Positions 39,647-49,188 of a stretch of DNA of 64,000 nucleotides are shown piece after piece (the stretch's first letter is position 1; every line of letters starts with the position of its first letter). Made by a program: the position numbers and the translations under genes. A model generated the notes under the pieces. It was given only the letters and a program-made list of their open reading frames with translations, did no database searches and was not told the DNA's origin. The stretch is from an uncultured Ignavibacteria bacterium (GTDB lineage: Bacteria > Bacteroidota > Ignavibacteria > Tepidaquicellales > OLB5): contig CALMYL010000015.1 of NCBI GenBank assembly GCA_937873695.1, positions 39,247-103,246 of the forward strand. The letters run 5' to 3'.

Positions 39647-39773
39647 CCCACGACTTCAGTCGTGGGTTTAGTTAAATTTGGGAGAAAATAACCGTTTTAA
39701 CGGTTTATTGAATAAACCCCTGAAGGGGTTATTTTACTGTGACCAACTTTAATCCCACGGATAAATCCGTGGG
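39647..39773. repeat. Array of four short perfect hairpins in the 484-bp acpP / NlpC-P60 divergent intergenic region
   Basis: cccacgac-ttca-gtcgtggg; aaccgtt-tt-aacggtt; aacccc-tgaa-ggggtt; cccacgga-taaa-tccgtggg. Confidence 0.7.
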
Positions 39774-39938
39774 CTACTTAGACCGACTTTCCGAAAAAAT
39801 CTTATAACATCTATGGATTTGCAGGATATGAATATATATTCCGTGAAGTGAACCAGTGGAAACTTTAATAATTTAAGACGATTAAATAATTTGTTAACTA
39901 CTTTTGAATTTTCTTAAAATATCTATATTTTGCACAAA

Positions 39939-40799
39939 ATGAAAATAATAACAGTTACTATTATAGTACTAATGACAATTTTGAGCGCCAAATCACAGGA
40001 TTTTTACTATGCTGTTGCCAAAGAACCAACCCCGGTACTGAATTCACCTGATTTTGAAGCTGTGTTCGGCGGAAGCGACGGCATGACCGTTAAAACGGAT
40101 AATTCAGGACTCATACGTGAGATGGAATTCATTGCCCTGCCCGGAACAGTGTTTGAGCTGCTGGGTGAATTTGACCACGGCAATTACAAGATTTTTAAAG
40201 TTGAATGTAAAGAATATGAGTACGGCAGTGAGTTATTTATTGACAGTCGTTTTGTTGAGCTGAAGAAATCCAGACCCGGTGAACGATTTGTAGCGCTGCC
40301 AAAAAAAGAAGATATATACAAAGTACTGGATAGGGCTGTTGGCAACCGTTACTGCTGGGGCGGAAATTATAACGATGGAATAAAAAAACTGATTGAGCTC
40401 TACCAGCCGAAAGGCAATATTACCGATGGAGTAAAAAATGAATGGATGTTAACAGGCTGCGATTGCTCCGGTCTGATGTATGAAGCAACGAACGGTTTCA
40501 CTCCCCGCAACACAAGTAAACTTGTTGATTACGGCACACCCGTAGAAATTGAGGGACTAAGCGCAGAGGAAATTGCAGCCAAATGCAAACCTTTGGATAT
40601 GATAGTGTGGAACGGTCACGTGATTTATGTTTACGATGAGAAGACTTCAATTCAAAGCAGCCTTTCCAAAGGCGGAGTAATAAAACTTGATCTTGTTGAA
40701 ACGCTTAGTGATTTAATGAGCTCACGAACTCCTGTGAACGATTATAATTCATCGCAGGGCTCAACATTTGTGATAAGACGCTGGTACAACGACAATTAG
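39939..40799 (+). CDS. NlpC/P60 (C40 peptidase)-like secreted cell-wall hydrolase
   Basis: Signal peptide; GNRYCWGGN ... GCDCSGLMYE catalytic-Cys block; later NGHVIYV (His). Confidence 0.6.
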   Translation: MKIITVTIIVLMTILSAKSQDFYYAVAKEPTPVLNSPDFEAVFGGSDGMTVKTDNSGLIREMEFIALPGTVFELLGEFDHGNYKIFKVECKEYEYGSELFIDSRFVELKKSRPGERFVALPKKEDIYKVLDRAVGNRYCWGGNYNDGIKKLIELYQPKGNITDGVKNEWMLTGCDCSGLMYEATNGFTPRNTSKLVDYGTPVEIEGLSAEEIAAKCKPLDMIVWNGHVIYVYDEKTSIQSSLSKGGVIKLDLVETLSDLMSSRTPVNDYNSSQGSTFVIRRWYNDN

Positions 40800-40800
40800 C

Positions 40801-40900
40801 AATGAACAATGTACAATGATCAATATAATATGAACAATAAACAATAGAATATAGGAGTTCTGCAGTTATAATTGTTAATTGCTCATTGTTAATTGATAAT
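40801..40900. repeat. Inverted heptamer-periodic arrays forming a long imperfect hairpin between convergent genes
   Basis: Left arm aatgaac|aatgtac|aatgatc|aatataa|tatgaac|aataaac|aatagaa; right arm contains gttaatt|gctcatt|gttaatt|gataatt (about the reverse complement). Confidence 0.65.
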
Positions 40901-41833
40901 TGCCTTTTTAAGCCTGTTCATTATCGCTGCCCCTATCCCCTTTTCACTTACCTTTTCGCAGTAGATGGTTTTGATTCCCTTTTCATCACACTCCCTGAAG
41001 AATGAAAATAAATTCTTTGCATAATCTTCAATTGACCTGCAAATTTTCACAACCTCAAAACCCTTCGCATATTTTTTATTCAATCCAATAAACGCTGTCT
41101 TTGACTTTTTATTCGTAATTCGTAATTCGTAATTCGTAATTATCTTTACCTTCGCCTTCGGCGCATAATGTTTATACTTCTGCCCCGGACTCTTTACCTT
41201 TCCAACCCTTTTTTGATACACTGCATTCTTATCCAGCTTCCTGATCTGCTCAAGTGTAATGCTTCCGGGTCTGAGTATAACCGGAAATTTACCTGTGCAG
41301 TCAATTACTGTGGATTCAAGTCCATACCTTGCAGCGGGACCCACAAGCACACAGGGAATTTTATTCCTCATATCCCTTAACACATGAATAAAATTCGTTG
41401 GTGAGGGCGAACCTGAAAGGTTCGCGCTTGGTGCCGCTATTGGCACTCCACTTTGCTTAATAAGCTCGCGTGAGATTTTTGATGCGGGCATTCTGATTGC
41501 GATGGTATTGAGACCCGCGGTGACAATATCTGGGACAATCTCATTTTTTTTGAGTATTACCGTAACGGGTCCCGGGAAAAACACACTGATTATTTTTTTT
41601 GCCGATGGCGTGATTTCTTTTGCAAGGATCAATATATCCTTCTTCCGGGCTATGTGTACAATTAACGGATTATCAGCGGGTCTGCCTTTGGCTTTGAATA
41701 TCTTGCGGACAGCTTTTTCATCATAGGCATTTGCGCCAATGCCGTAAACTGTCTCCGTCGGGAATGCCGCAACTTCACCGGATTTGATGAAATCCGCTGC
41801 AATTTTTACTGAATTTGTTATTGTGGTTTGCAT
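40889..41833 (-). CDS. tsaC: L-threonylcarbamoyladenylate synthase, long Sua5-type (YrdC plus Sua5 domains)
   Basis: VAAFPTETVYGIGANA, KGRPADNPLIVHI and SANLSGSPSPT blocks plus a C-terminal Sua5 domain. Confidence 0.9.
   Translation of the reverse strand: MQTTITNSVKIAADFIKSGEVAAFPTETVYGIGANAYDEKAVRKIFKAKGRPADNPLIVHIARKKDILILAKEITPSAKKIISVFFPGPVTVILKKNEIVPDIVTAGLNTIAIRMPASKISRELIKQSGVPIAAPSANLSGSPSPTNFIHVLRDMRNKIPCVLVGPAARYGLESTVIDCTGKFPVILRPGSITLEQIRKLDKNAVYQKRVGKVKSPGQKYKHYAPKAKVKIITNYELRITNKKSKTAFIGLNKKYAKGFEVVKICRSIEDYAKNLFSFFRECDEKGIKTIYCEKVSEKGIGAAIMNRLKKAIIN
41111..41141. repeat. Perfect tandem heptamer (attcgta x4.4) inside the tsaC coding sequence
   Basis: attcgtaattcgtaattcgtaattcgtaatt; encodes ITNYELRITN on the minus strand in the interdomain region. 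Confidence 0.9.
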
Positions 41834-41957
41834 AGAATGCCTAAAATAACTCTAAAAATATAAACATTTAATCCACATATTTTCCTATTAAGTAATTAAG
41901 GTTCAAATAATAGATAGTTTAAAATGAATAGAATTAATAAGTTTGCTACATCACATT

Positions 41958-43037
41958 ATGCCCACAAAAAGAAAAAATACTAAAAAAACAGAAAATCAGG
42001 GAGTACTTTACGTTCAGAATGTAATCAACGATTCTAATTGCATATTTAATAAAATTGATACTTCAAATGATATTGGTTTAGATGGTTATCTCGAATTTGT
42101 TGAAAGAGAAACAGTGTCCGGTCTATGTTTAGGAGTACAGATTAAGTCTGGTAATTCAAATAAAAATAAACAAAATTATGTAACAATTAAATCTGACAAA
42201 GAACATTTCGAATACTGGTTTAGCCATAATTTACCTATAGTGGGAATTGTTTACATACCCGAAGATTCCTTAGCTTACTGGATTGATATAACTGAATATT
42301 TAAGATTAAATGAGAATATAGTAGAAACTGGACCCTATGTAATACATATTGGAAAAGAAAATGTTTTCACTTCAGAGACATTTCCACAATTTTATGAAAA
42401 ATTAATCCATTACAAAAACTCTTTCAATCAAGAATGGTCCTTTGGTAGAGCGTTAAAATCTCTAGCTGACTTTCATTCTAAAGATATACGTTTTGATGCA
42501 TTAAAATCTTTGTTTTATTTCCATAGAAATGAACCTGCAGCATGGTACTATATTATTAATCAATTTAAAATTGAGACAGATTCAAAAATACAATACTTAA
42601 TTATTTATTTGATGAGACATTTGACAAACCATGGTGATATTTTTTGGCATAACAACAATATCATTCAACAAGATACAAGAACTTACGGCAGAGAAATTAT
42701 TACTAAATTATTCAGCAATAATGAAATATACAAACTCTTGAATTTCATAGACGAAAATGGAATTGATCGAGGTAGTGTTGGACAGGATATTTACGCAATA
42801 ATAGATTTAATCAATAACAAAATTGAAATTTTGAAAGAAATAATTTTAAGGAACGATTGCACTGACGAAATAAGATTTTGGGCAGGGATGATAATTATTG
42901 AAGAAATATATCCTTACGATTTAAGACGAGCAATAAATTTTTGTGAAAGTATGATAAATAATTTTCCGGATTCACCATACAAAGCAAATTTTGTAGAAAT
43001 TGGATTGAATTTGCTCGAAGAAGAACAGATCCAATAG
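41958..43037 (+). CDS. DUF4365-like (restriction-endonuclease-fold) N-terminal domain protein with an uncharacterised helical C-terminal region
   Basis: N-terminal ...DIGLDGYLEFVE...GVQIKSGNS... pattern resembles DUF4365 (DxGxDg.ie ... vQvKs); AT-rich gene; ATG 41958. Confidence 0.5.
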   Translation: MPTKRKNTKKTENQGVLYVQNVINDSNCIFNKIDTSNDIGLDGYLEFVERETVSGLCLGVQIKSGNSNKNKQNYVTIKSDKEHFEYWFSHNLPIVGIVYIPEDSLAYWIDITEYLRLNENIVETGPYVIHIGKENVFTSETFPQFYEKLIHYKNSFNQEWSFGRALKSLADFHSKDIRFDALKSLFYFHRNEPAAWYYIINQFKIETDSKIQYLIIYLMRHLTNHGDIFWHNNNIIQQDTRTYGREIITKLFSNNEIYKLLNFIDENGIDRGSVGQDIYAIIDLINNKIEILKEIILRNDCTDEIRFWAGMIIIEEIYPYDLRRAINFCESMINNFPDSPYKANFVEIGLNLLEEEQIQ

Positions 43038-43074
43038 AATAGGCTTAACCATTGAAAGAATAATGCCAAAAAAT

Positions 43075-43365
43075 CTACTTATTTGAGGCATATTCTATAT
43101 TCTCATTTTTCCACTCATCAAAACTCTTGCCAATTAACTTCAGGTATAGACTGTTCACATCAAGCTCAAGATCTTCACTCCATGCAATAGCTTTTGTTTC
43201 TGTATCGATATGAACTTTCTCAAATAACCCGTTTTTATCCCATGCTTTAAAAACACCTTTTCCGCGGAATTCGGAAAGATCAACAATCCCTTGGTTTCCA
43301 TCAGAAAACTTCAAAAAAATGCGGTAATTTTCAAGCGCTTTAACTTCTTTTGGTTCTGATATCAT
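43075..43365 (-). CDS. DUF2442-family small protein
   Basis: VKALENYRIFLKFSDGNQGIVDLSEF resembles the DUF2442 signature. Confidence 0.55.
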   Translation of the reverse strand: MISEPKEVKALENYRIFLKFSDGNQGIVDLSEFRGKGVFKAWDKNGLFEKVHIDTETKAIAWSEDLELDVNSLYLKLIGKSFDEWKNENIEYASNK

Positions 43366-43528
43366 ACCTTATTAACAATTTACCTAAATATATACTTTTT
43401 TTAAAATTTTTTGTACGTAATAAATAGTATGCTGAATATTATGTACAAATATGACTGAAATCATATTTAATAATGACCAATAGTGTTAATTTTGAGTAGA
43501 AATTATTTGATTTAAACGTAAAAATTCA

Positions 43529-46500
43529 ATGGAACGCAGAAAAGTAACTATAGACGGAAATGAAGCAACTGCATATGTTGCTTACAATCTAAACGAAGTT
43601 TGCGCAATCTACCCTATTACTCCATCATCAAACATGGGAGAGCTTTGCGACGAGTGGGCATCACAAAATAAACCGAACATGTGGGGAATAATCCCCACCG
43701 TACAGGAAATGCAGTCAGAAGGCGGAGCCTCAGGAGCTGTTCACGGCGCACTGCAGAACGGCGCGCTGACTACAACATTCACCGCATCGCAGGGTTTGCT
43801 GCTGATGATACCAAACATGTACAAAATTGCCGGCGAGCTAACTTCAACAGTGTTCCATGTTTCCGCGCGCTCAATTGCAGCGCAGGGACTTTCTATCTTT
43901 GGAGACCATAGTGACGTTATGGCTGTTAGGCAAACAGGGTTCGCCTTGCTTGCATCAGCATCAGTACAGGAAGCAATGGATATGGCGCTAATCGCGCAGG
44001 CATCAACGCTTGAAAGCAGAATACCTTTTCTGCATTTCTTTGATGGCTTCAGGACATCTCACGAAGTAATGAAAATTGAGCAGCTTACTTATGAAGATAT
44101 GAAAGCAATGGTAAGCGAAGAGCTTATTCTTGAACACAGAAAAAGAGCGTTAACGCCTGATAATCCTTTTATACGCGGTACTGCACAAAACCCGGATGTA
44201 TATTTCCAGGCAAGAGAAACTGTTAACAAGTATTATGATAAATGCCCTGCAATTGTTCAGAAGTATATGGATAAATTCGGTGAGCTGACCGGCAGGAAAT
44301 ACAGATTGTTTGATTACTACGGTCACCCTGAAGCTGAAAGAGTTATAGTATTAATGGGCTCAGGCAATGAACCTGCAAAGGAAATTACTGACTGGTTAAT
44401 TGCCAAAGGCGAGAAAGTGGGTTTAATAACAGTAAGGCTCTATAGACCGTTTTCAATGGAGCATTTGCTTGAAGTAATTCCCGTGACTGCTGAAAAAATA
44501 TCAGTGCTTGACAGAACAAAAGAACCGGGTGCAGGCGGCGAGCCGCTGTATCTTGATATAGTGAATGCAGTTACTGAATCATACAGCAATGGTACACTTA
44601 AGCTTAAAAAATTCCCTAAAATTACAGGCGGCCGGTATGGCTTATCTTCAAAGGAATTTACCCCTACAATGATAAAAGCTGTTTATGATGAAATGAAGAA
44701 AGATGATTCCAAAAATCATTTTACAGTTGGTATAATTGATGATGTTACACACACAAGTCTAGAATTTGATGCCGCACTATCAGTAGAAGACCCGCAGACA
44801 TTCCGCGGAATGTTCTTTGGGCTCGGAGCAGATGGCACGGTAGGCGCGAACAAGAACTCGATCAAAATTATCGGTGAAGAAACAGATAATTTTGCTCAGG
44901 GTTATTTTGTATATGATTCCAAAAAATCAGGTTCAATGACAACCTCGCATTTAAGGTTCGGACCCAAGCCAATACGCTCAACTTATCTTATCACAAAAGC
45001 TAATTTTATAGCATGCCACCAGCCTTCATTTTTGGATAGAATTGATATGCTGGCAAATGCTGATGAAGGCGCAACATTCCTTTTAAATACATTAATACCA
45101 AAAGAGCAGATATTTAATGAACTGCCTAAAAAAGTTCAGCAGACGATAATTGATAAAAAAATTAAGTTTTATGTAATTGATGCCTATAAAGTAGCCAAAG
45201 AAACAGGCATGGGATTAAGAATAAATTCCATTATGCAGACATGTTTCTTCGCAATATCAAACATTCTTCCGCGCGAAGAAGCGATCGCAAAAATTAAGAA
45301 GAGCATTGAAAAAACTTATGGCAAAAAAGGCGAAGCGGTTGTGAAGATGAATTTTGATTCAGTTGATAAAACGCTTGCTAATTTGTTTGAAGTTGAGATC
45401 CCGAAAAATACTTCGGGTGAACTTAAAATGAGAGATGCTGTTTCAGCCAAAGCGCCTGAGTTTGTAAGGAATGTTACCTCTATGATGATTGAAGGGAAGG
45501 GTGACCTGATACCGGTAAGTATGCTGCCGGATGACGGTACATACCCATCGGCAACAGCAATGTGGGAAAAAAGGAATATTGCTCTTGAAGTCCCGGTATG
45601 GGATATGGCTGTCTGCATTCAGTGCAACAAGTGCGCAATAGTTTGCCCGCATGCTGCAATCAGACCTAAAGTTTATGACCAGAGCGAGCTGATTAATGTT
45701 CCTGAAACCTTCAAGTACACCAAATACAAAGGCAAAGAGTACGGAGAAAGCGCTCAATACAGCCTGCAGGTTGCAGTTGAAGACTGCACCGGCTGCGGAA
45801 TCTGTGTTGAGGTCTGCCCGGCAAAGAATAAACAGGAAACCCGTTTCAAAGCTATCAATATGGTATCGAATGAAACAGACGGTTTAAGGGAAAAAGAAGC
45901 GGTCAATTTTGATTACTTCCTCACCCTGCCTGAAGTTGACAGGACAAAAGTAAATACTTCCGCGGTCAAAGATTCACAGTTCTTACAGCCATTGTTTGAG
46001 TTTTCGGGGGCATGTTTAGGCTGCGGTGAGACTCCATATGTAAAACTGGTTAGCCAGTTGTTTGGTGACCGTGCAATAATAGCAAATGCCACAGGATGCT
46101 CCAGTATATACGGCGGCAACCTGCCAACAACACCTTGGACAAAGAATAAAGATGGCCGCGGACCCGCTTGGAGCAATTCATTATTTGAAGATAACGCTGA
46201 ATTCGGTTTAGGCTACCGCCTTGCTGTTGACAAGCACAAAGAGCAAGCTGAATTCCTGCTGAAGAAATTCGCTCCGGAAATCGGCGAAAAACTGACCGAC
46301 GAAATACTGAAAGCAAATCAGGGTGATGAGCTCGGATTATTCAATCAAAGGGCAAGAGTTCAGGACCTGAAAAAGAAATTGAAGAATATCAAAGGTGATG
46401 GAGCAAGGTCACTCGAATGGTTAAGCGATTATCTCGTGAAGAAATCTGTGTGGATAATGGGCGGTGACGGATGGGCGTATGATATAGGATTCGGCGGATT

Positions 46501-47107
46501 GGATCATGTATTGCTCTCGGGCAAGAATGTTAACCTGCTGGTACTGGATACTGAAGTTTATTCTAACACAGGAGGACAGACATCAAAATCAACCCCGCGC
46601 GGAGCTGTTGCAAAATTTTCAGCGGCAGGTAAAACCACCGCCAAGAAAGACCTCGGTCTTCTTGCGGTTAGCTATGGTAACGTATATGTTGCAAGGGTTG
46701 CGTTGGGAGCAAGTGATTCACAGACCCTAAAGGCATTCACAGAAGCTGAAAAATACGACGGACCTTCGCTCATAATTGCTTACAGTCACTGCATTGCACA
46801 CGGAATAACCATGAGGACAGCTAACCAGAACCAGAAAGCTGCAGTTGAATCAGGTTACTGGCCGCTCTTCAGGTTCAACCCTGAACTCATAGAACAGGGT
46901 GAAACCCCGTTCAAACTGGATAGCAAACCGCCAAAGATAAAACTTGCTGATTATGCATATATGGAAACAAGATATAAGATGTTGACAAAGAGTCACCCTG
47001 AACAGGCTAAACAGCTTATGATTGAGGCACAGGAAGATGTTAACAAACGCTGGAAGATGTATGAAGATCTGACAGCAGATTACCAGAAAGCATTTGTGAA
47101 GATTTAA
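43529..47107 (+). CDS. nifJ: Pyruvate:ferredoxin (flavodoxin) oxidoreductase, single-chain NifJ type
   Basis: 1192 aa; DGNEA..YPITPSS N-terminus; two 4Fe-4S motifs (CIQCNKCAIVCP, CTGCGICVEVCP); TPP motif GGDGWAYDIG. Confidence 0.95.
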   Translation: MERRKVTIDGNEATAYVAYNLNEVCAIYPITPSSNMGELCDEWASQNKPNMWGIIPTVQEMQSEGGASGAVHGALQNGALTTTFTASQGLLLMIPNMYKIAGELTSTVFHVSARSIAAQGLSIFGDHSDVMAVRQTGFALLASASVQEAMDMALIAQASTLESRIPFLHFFDGFRTSHEVMKIEQLTYEDMKAMVSEELILEHRKRALTPDNPFIRGTAQNPDVYFQARETVNKYYDKCPAIVQKYMDKFGELTGRKYRLFDYYGHPEAERVIVLMGSGNEPAKEITDWLIAKGEKVGLITVRLYRPFSMEHLLEVIPVTAEKISVLDRTKEPGAGGEPLYLDIVNAVTESYSNGTLKLKKFPKITGGRYGLSSKEFTPTMIKAVYDEMKKDDSKNHFTVGIIDDVTHTSLEFDAALSVEDPQTFRGMFFGLGADGTVGANKNSIKIIGEETDNFAQGYFVYDSKKSGSMTTSHLRFGPKPIRSTYLITKANFIACHQPSFLDRIDMLANADEGATFLLNTLIPKEQIFNELPKKVQQTIIDKKIKFYVIDAYKVAKETGMGLRINSIMQTCFFAISNILPREEAIAKIKKSIEKTYGKKGEAVVKMNFDSVDKTLANLFEVEIPKNTSGELKMRDAVSAKAPEFVRNVTSMMIEGKGDLIPVSMLPDDGTYPSATAMWEKRNIALEVPVWDMAVCIQCNKCAIVCPHAAIRPKVYDQSELINVPETFKYTKYKGKEYGESAQYSLQVAVEDCTGCGICVEVCPAKNKQETRFKAINMVSNETDGLREKEAVNFDYFLTLPEVDRTKVNTSAVKDSQFLQPLFEFSGACLGCGETPYVKLVSQLFGDRAIIANATGCSSIYGGNLPTTPWTKNKDGRGPAWSNSLFEDNAEFGLGYRLAVDKHKEQAEFLLKKFAPEIGEKLTDEILKANQGDELGLFNQRARVQDLKKKLKNIKGDGARSLEWLSDYLVKKSVWIMGGDGWAYDIGFGGLDHVLLSGKNVNLLVLDTEVYSNTGGQTSKSTPRGAVAKFSAAGKTTAKKDLGLLAVSYGNVYVARVALGASDSQTLKAFTEAEKYDGPSLIIAYSHCIAHGITMRTANQNQKAAVESGYWPLFRFNPELIEQGETPFKLDSKPPKIKLADYAYMETRYKMLTKSHPEQAKQLMIEAQEDVNKRWKMYEDLTADYQKAFVKI

Positions 47108-47127
47108 AAAAATAAACTAATACTTTT

Positions 47128-47185
47128 GGAGTGCATCGACTGTCTCGATGCTGTTCGATTGGCACTGACAAAGTCAGTGCACTCC
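47128..47185. repeat. Two-hairpin palindromic element, copy 2, closed by an outer 5-bp stem
   Basis: ggagt-[gcatcga-ctgtc-tcgatgc]-tgttcgattg-[gcactgac-aaa-gtcagtgc]-actcc. Confidence 0.75.
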
Positions 47186-47226
47186 GAAAAAAAATACAAA
47201 GCTGGTTTTTGAGCGTGTACAATTAA

Positions 47227-47580
47227 ATGAAACATTTGATAATAATAAATGAGCAGCCGTACGGAAGCGAAAAGCCATACAATGGCTTAAGGCTTGCAAT
47301 GCAGATTCAGAAAGATTTCCCGGGCGAAGTTGTGAGGGTATTTCTGATGGCAGATGCAGCATCATGCGCAAAACCCGGACAAACTACTCCTAATGGCTAC
47401 TATAACATTGAACGGATGATAAGATCTGTGCTGACTAATAACGGTGAAGTAAAGATATGCGGTTCCTGCGCCGCAGCAAGGGGTATCAGCGAAAAGGATA
47501 TTATAGAAGGCAGCAAAATGAGCACTATGTCTGAATTGACAGCCTGGTATATGGATTCAGATAAAATAATAAGTTTTTAA
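47227..47580 (+). CDS. DsrE/DsrF/TusD-like family protein
   Basis: 117 aa; NEQPYGSEKPYNGLRLA and ICGSCAAARG blocks. Confidence 0.65.
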   Translation: MKHLIIINEQPYGSEKPYNGLRLAMQIQKDFPGEVVRVFLMADAASCAKPGQTTPNGYYNIERMIRSVLTNNGEVKICGSCAAARGISEKDIIEGSKMSTMSELTAWYMDSDKIISF

Positions 47581-47630
47581 AATCAGTCAATAATTTAAAT
47601 GGTATCCTGCAATAGCGGGAATAGACGATC

Positions 47631-48620
47631 ATGATAGACCTCTCAACACATTATCTTGGAATGAACCTGAAGAACCCGATAGTTCCTTCGGCTTCTCCGT
47701 TAACCAAGGATATAAGTAATGTAAAAAAAATGGAAGATGCCGGAGCATCGGCAATTGTAATGTACTCTCTTTTTGAGGAACAGATAACTCATGAAGCTCT
47801 TGAGCTTTATCATCATACTTCCTACCATGAAGATACGCATGCCGAAGCATTAACATATTTCCCCGAGCAGAGTTATAACCTCGGACCGGAAGAATATCTT
47901 GAGCATCTTCATAACATTAAGAAAAGTGTGAACATTCCGGTTATTGGAAGCTTAAATGGTTGCACAGATGGCGGTTGGACAAAATACGCCAAACTTATTG
48001 AAGAAGCCGGCGCTGATGCGCTTGAACTGAATATGTATATGCTTGCTACTGATTTTGATACCACTTCAGAGGACATTGAAAATATTTATGTAGAAACGCT
48101 CCGCTCCGTGAAGGCAAATATCGGAATACCTGTTGCAATGAAGATAAGTCCCTACATAAGTGCGCTTGGCCATTTTGCCAAACGTCTTGATAATGAAGGC
48201 GCAGACGGATTAGTGCTCTTCAACAGATTTTACCAGCCTGATATTGACCTTGAAAATCTTGAAGTGGTGCCAAATGTGCTGCTCAGCAACAGCCAGTCAA
48301 TGCGCCTGCCGCTCAGGTGGATAGCAATACTATGCGGCAGGTTAAATGCTTCTCTTGCCGCAACAAGCGGTGTAAACACCGCCGAAGATGTGCTGAAACT
48401 CACAATGACAGGTGCAGCGGTAACACAGATCTTTGCAGCACTGCATAAATACGGCATTGACCATATTAAGACAATTCTTGCAGATATGGAAAAATGGATG
48501 ACCGAACATGAATATGAATCGCTTAAAATGATGAGGGGCTCAATGAGCTACAGATCAGCTGCCAACCCAGGTGCTTTTGAAAGAGCAAATTATATGAAGG
48601 CGCTGAATAGTTTTAAGTGA
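47631..48620 (+). CDS. Dihydroorotate dehydrogenase-like (class 1 DHOD/DPD TIM-barrel family) protein
   Basis: LKNPI.PSASPL start, ADALELN, LFNRFYQPDID and GG.TAEDV-like blocks. Confidence 0.6.
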   Translation: MIDLSTHYLGMNLKNPIVPSASPLTKDISNVKKMEDAGASAIVMYSLFEEQITHEALELYHHTSYHEDTHAEALTYFPEQSYNLGPEEYLEHLHNIKKSVNIPVIGSLNGCTDGGWTKYAKLIEEAGADALELNMYMLATDFDTTSEDIENIYVETLRSVKANIGIPVAMKISPYISALGHFAKRLDNEGADGLVLFNRFYQPDIDLENLEVVPNVLLSNSQSMRLPLRWIAILCGRLNASLAATSGVNTAEDVLKLTMTGAAVTQIFAALHKYGIDHIKTILADMEKWMTEHEYESLKMMRGSMSYRSAANPGAFERANYMKALNSFK

Positions 48621-48714
48621 GGCGGTCAAAAAGCAAATGGGAAAAAGCAAAAAAATCAGCAGATTTAATAATTAGTTAAGTTATTACATAATTTCTCTGA
48701 AAAAGAGGTGTAAG

Positions 48715-49104
48715 TTGAAACTTGGTATTATTGCAGCTTCACTTATTTTTATACTTTTCCTTTCCTGCGGTGATGATAACGTTATTGTTCAGACAAATAG
48801 TCCGCAGCCCATTTATTCACATGCATTAATTGAGCTTTCCGGTCCCGGACTAAGAGAATATCATGATACTATTCCTTTAACTATTGAAAATACCGATTCA
48901 ATTTATGTTGAGTTCTGGTCTGAAACTGATATTGATACAACTGATTATATAGTTGTGAGTGCTGCGGTATATGATACACTAACCGGTGGTTCTACATATT
49001 TCAGTAATTACTTCACTGAAAATACCCGGGATCTGAGTCGTGTACACAGGTTCGGTTTTAAGATGGTAAATTCAACAATAAAATTTGAATGCACATTGCT
49101 TTAG
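48715..49104 (+). CDS. Hypothetical small lipoprotein
   Basis: Signal with lipobox LFLSCGDD; TTG start in the track. Confidence 0.4.
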   Translation: MKLGIIAASLIFILFLSCGDDNVIVQTNSPQPIYSHALIELSGPGLREYHDTIPLTIENTDSIYVEFWSETDIDTTDYIVVSAAVYDTLTGGSTYFSNYFTENTRDLSRVHRFGFKMVNSTIKFECTLL

Positions 49105-49188
49105 GGAAGCATTGATGATATATACCTGAGGATAAGAAACCTGAATATTTAAAAAAAAATAATTTACTAAATTTTATTACTACTCAAT

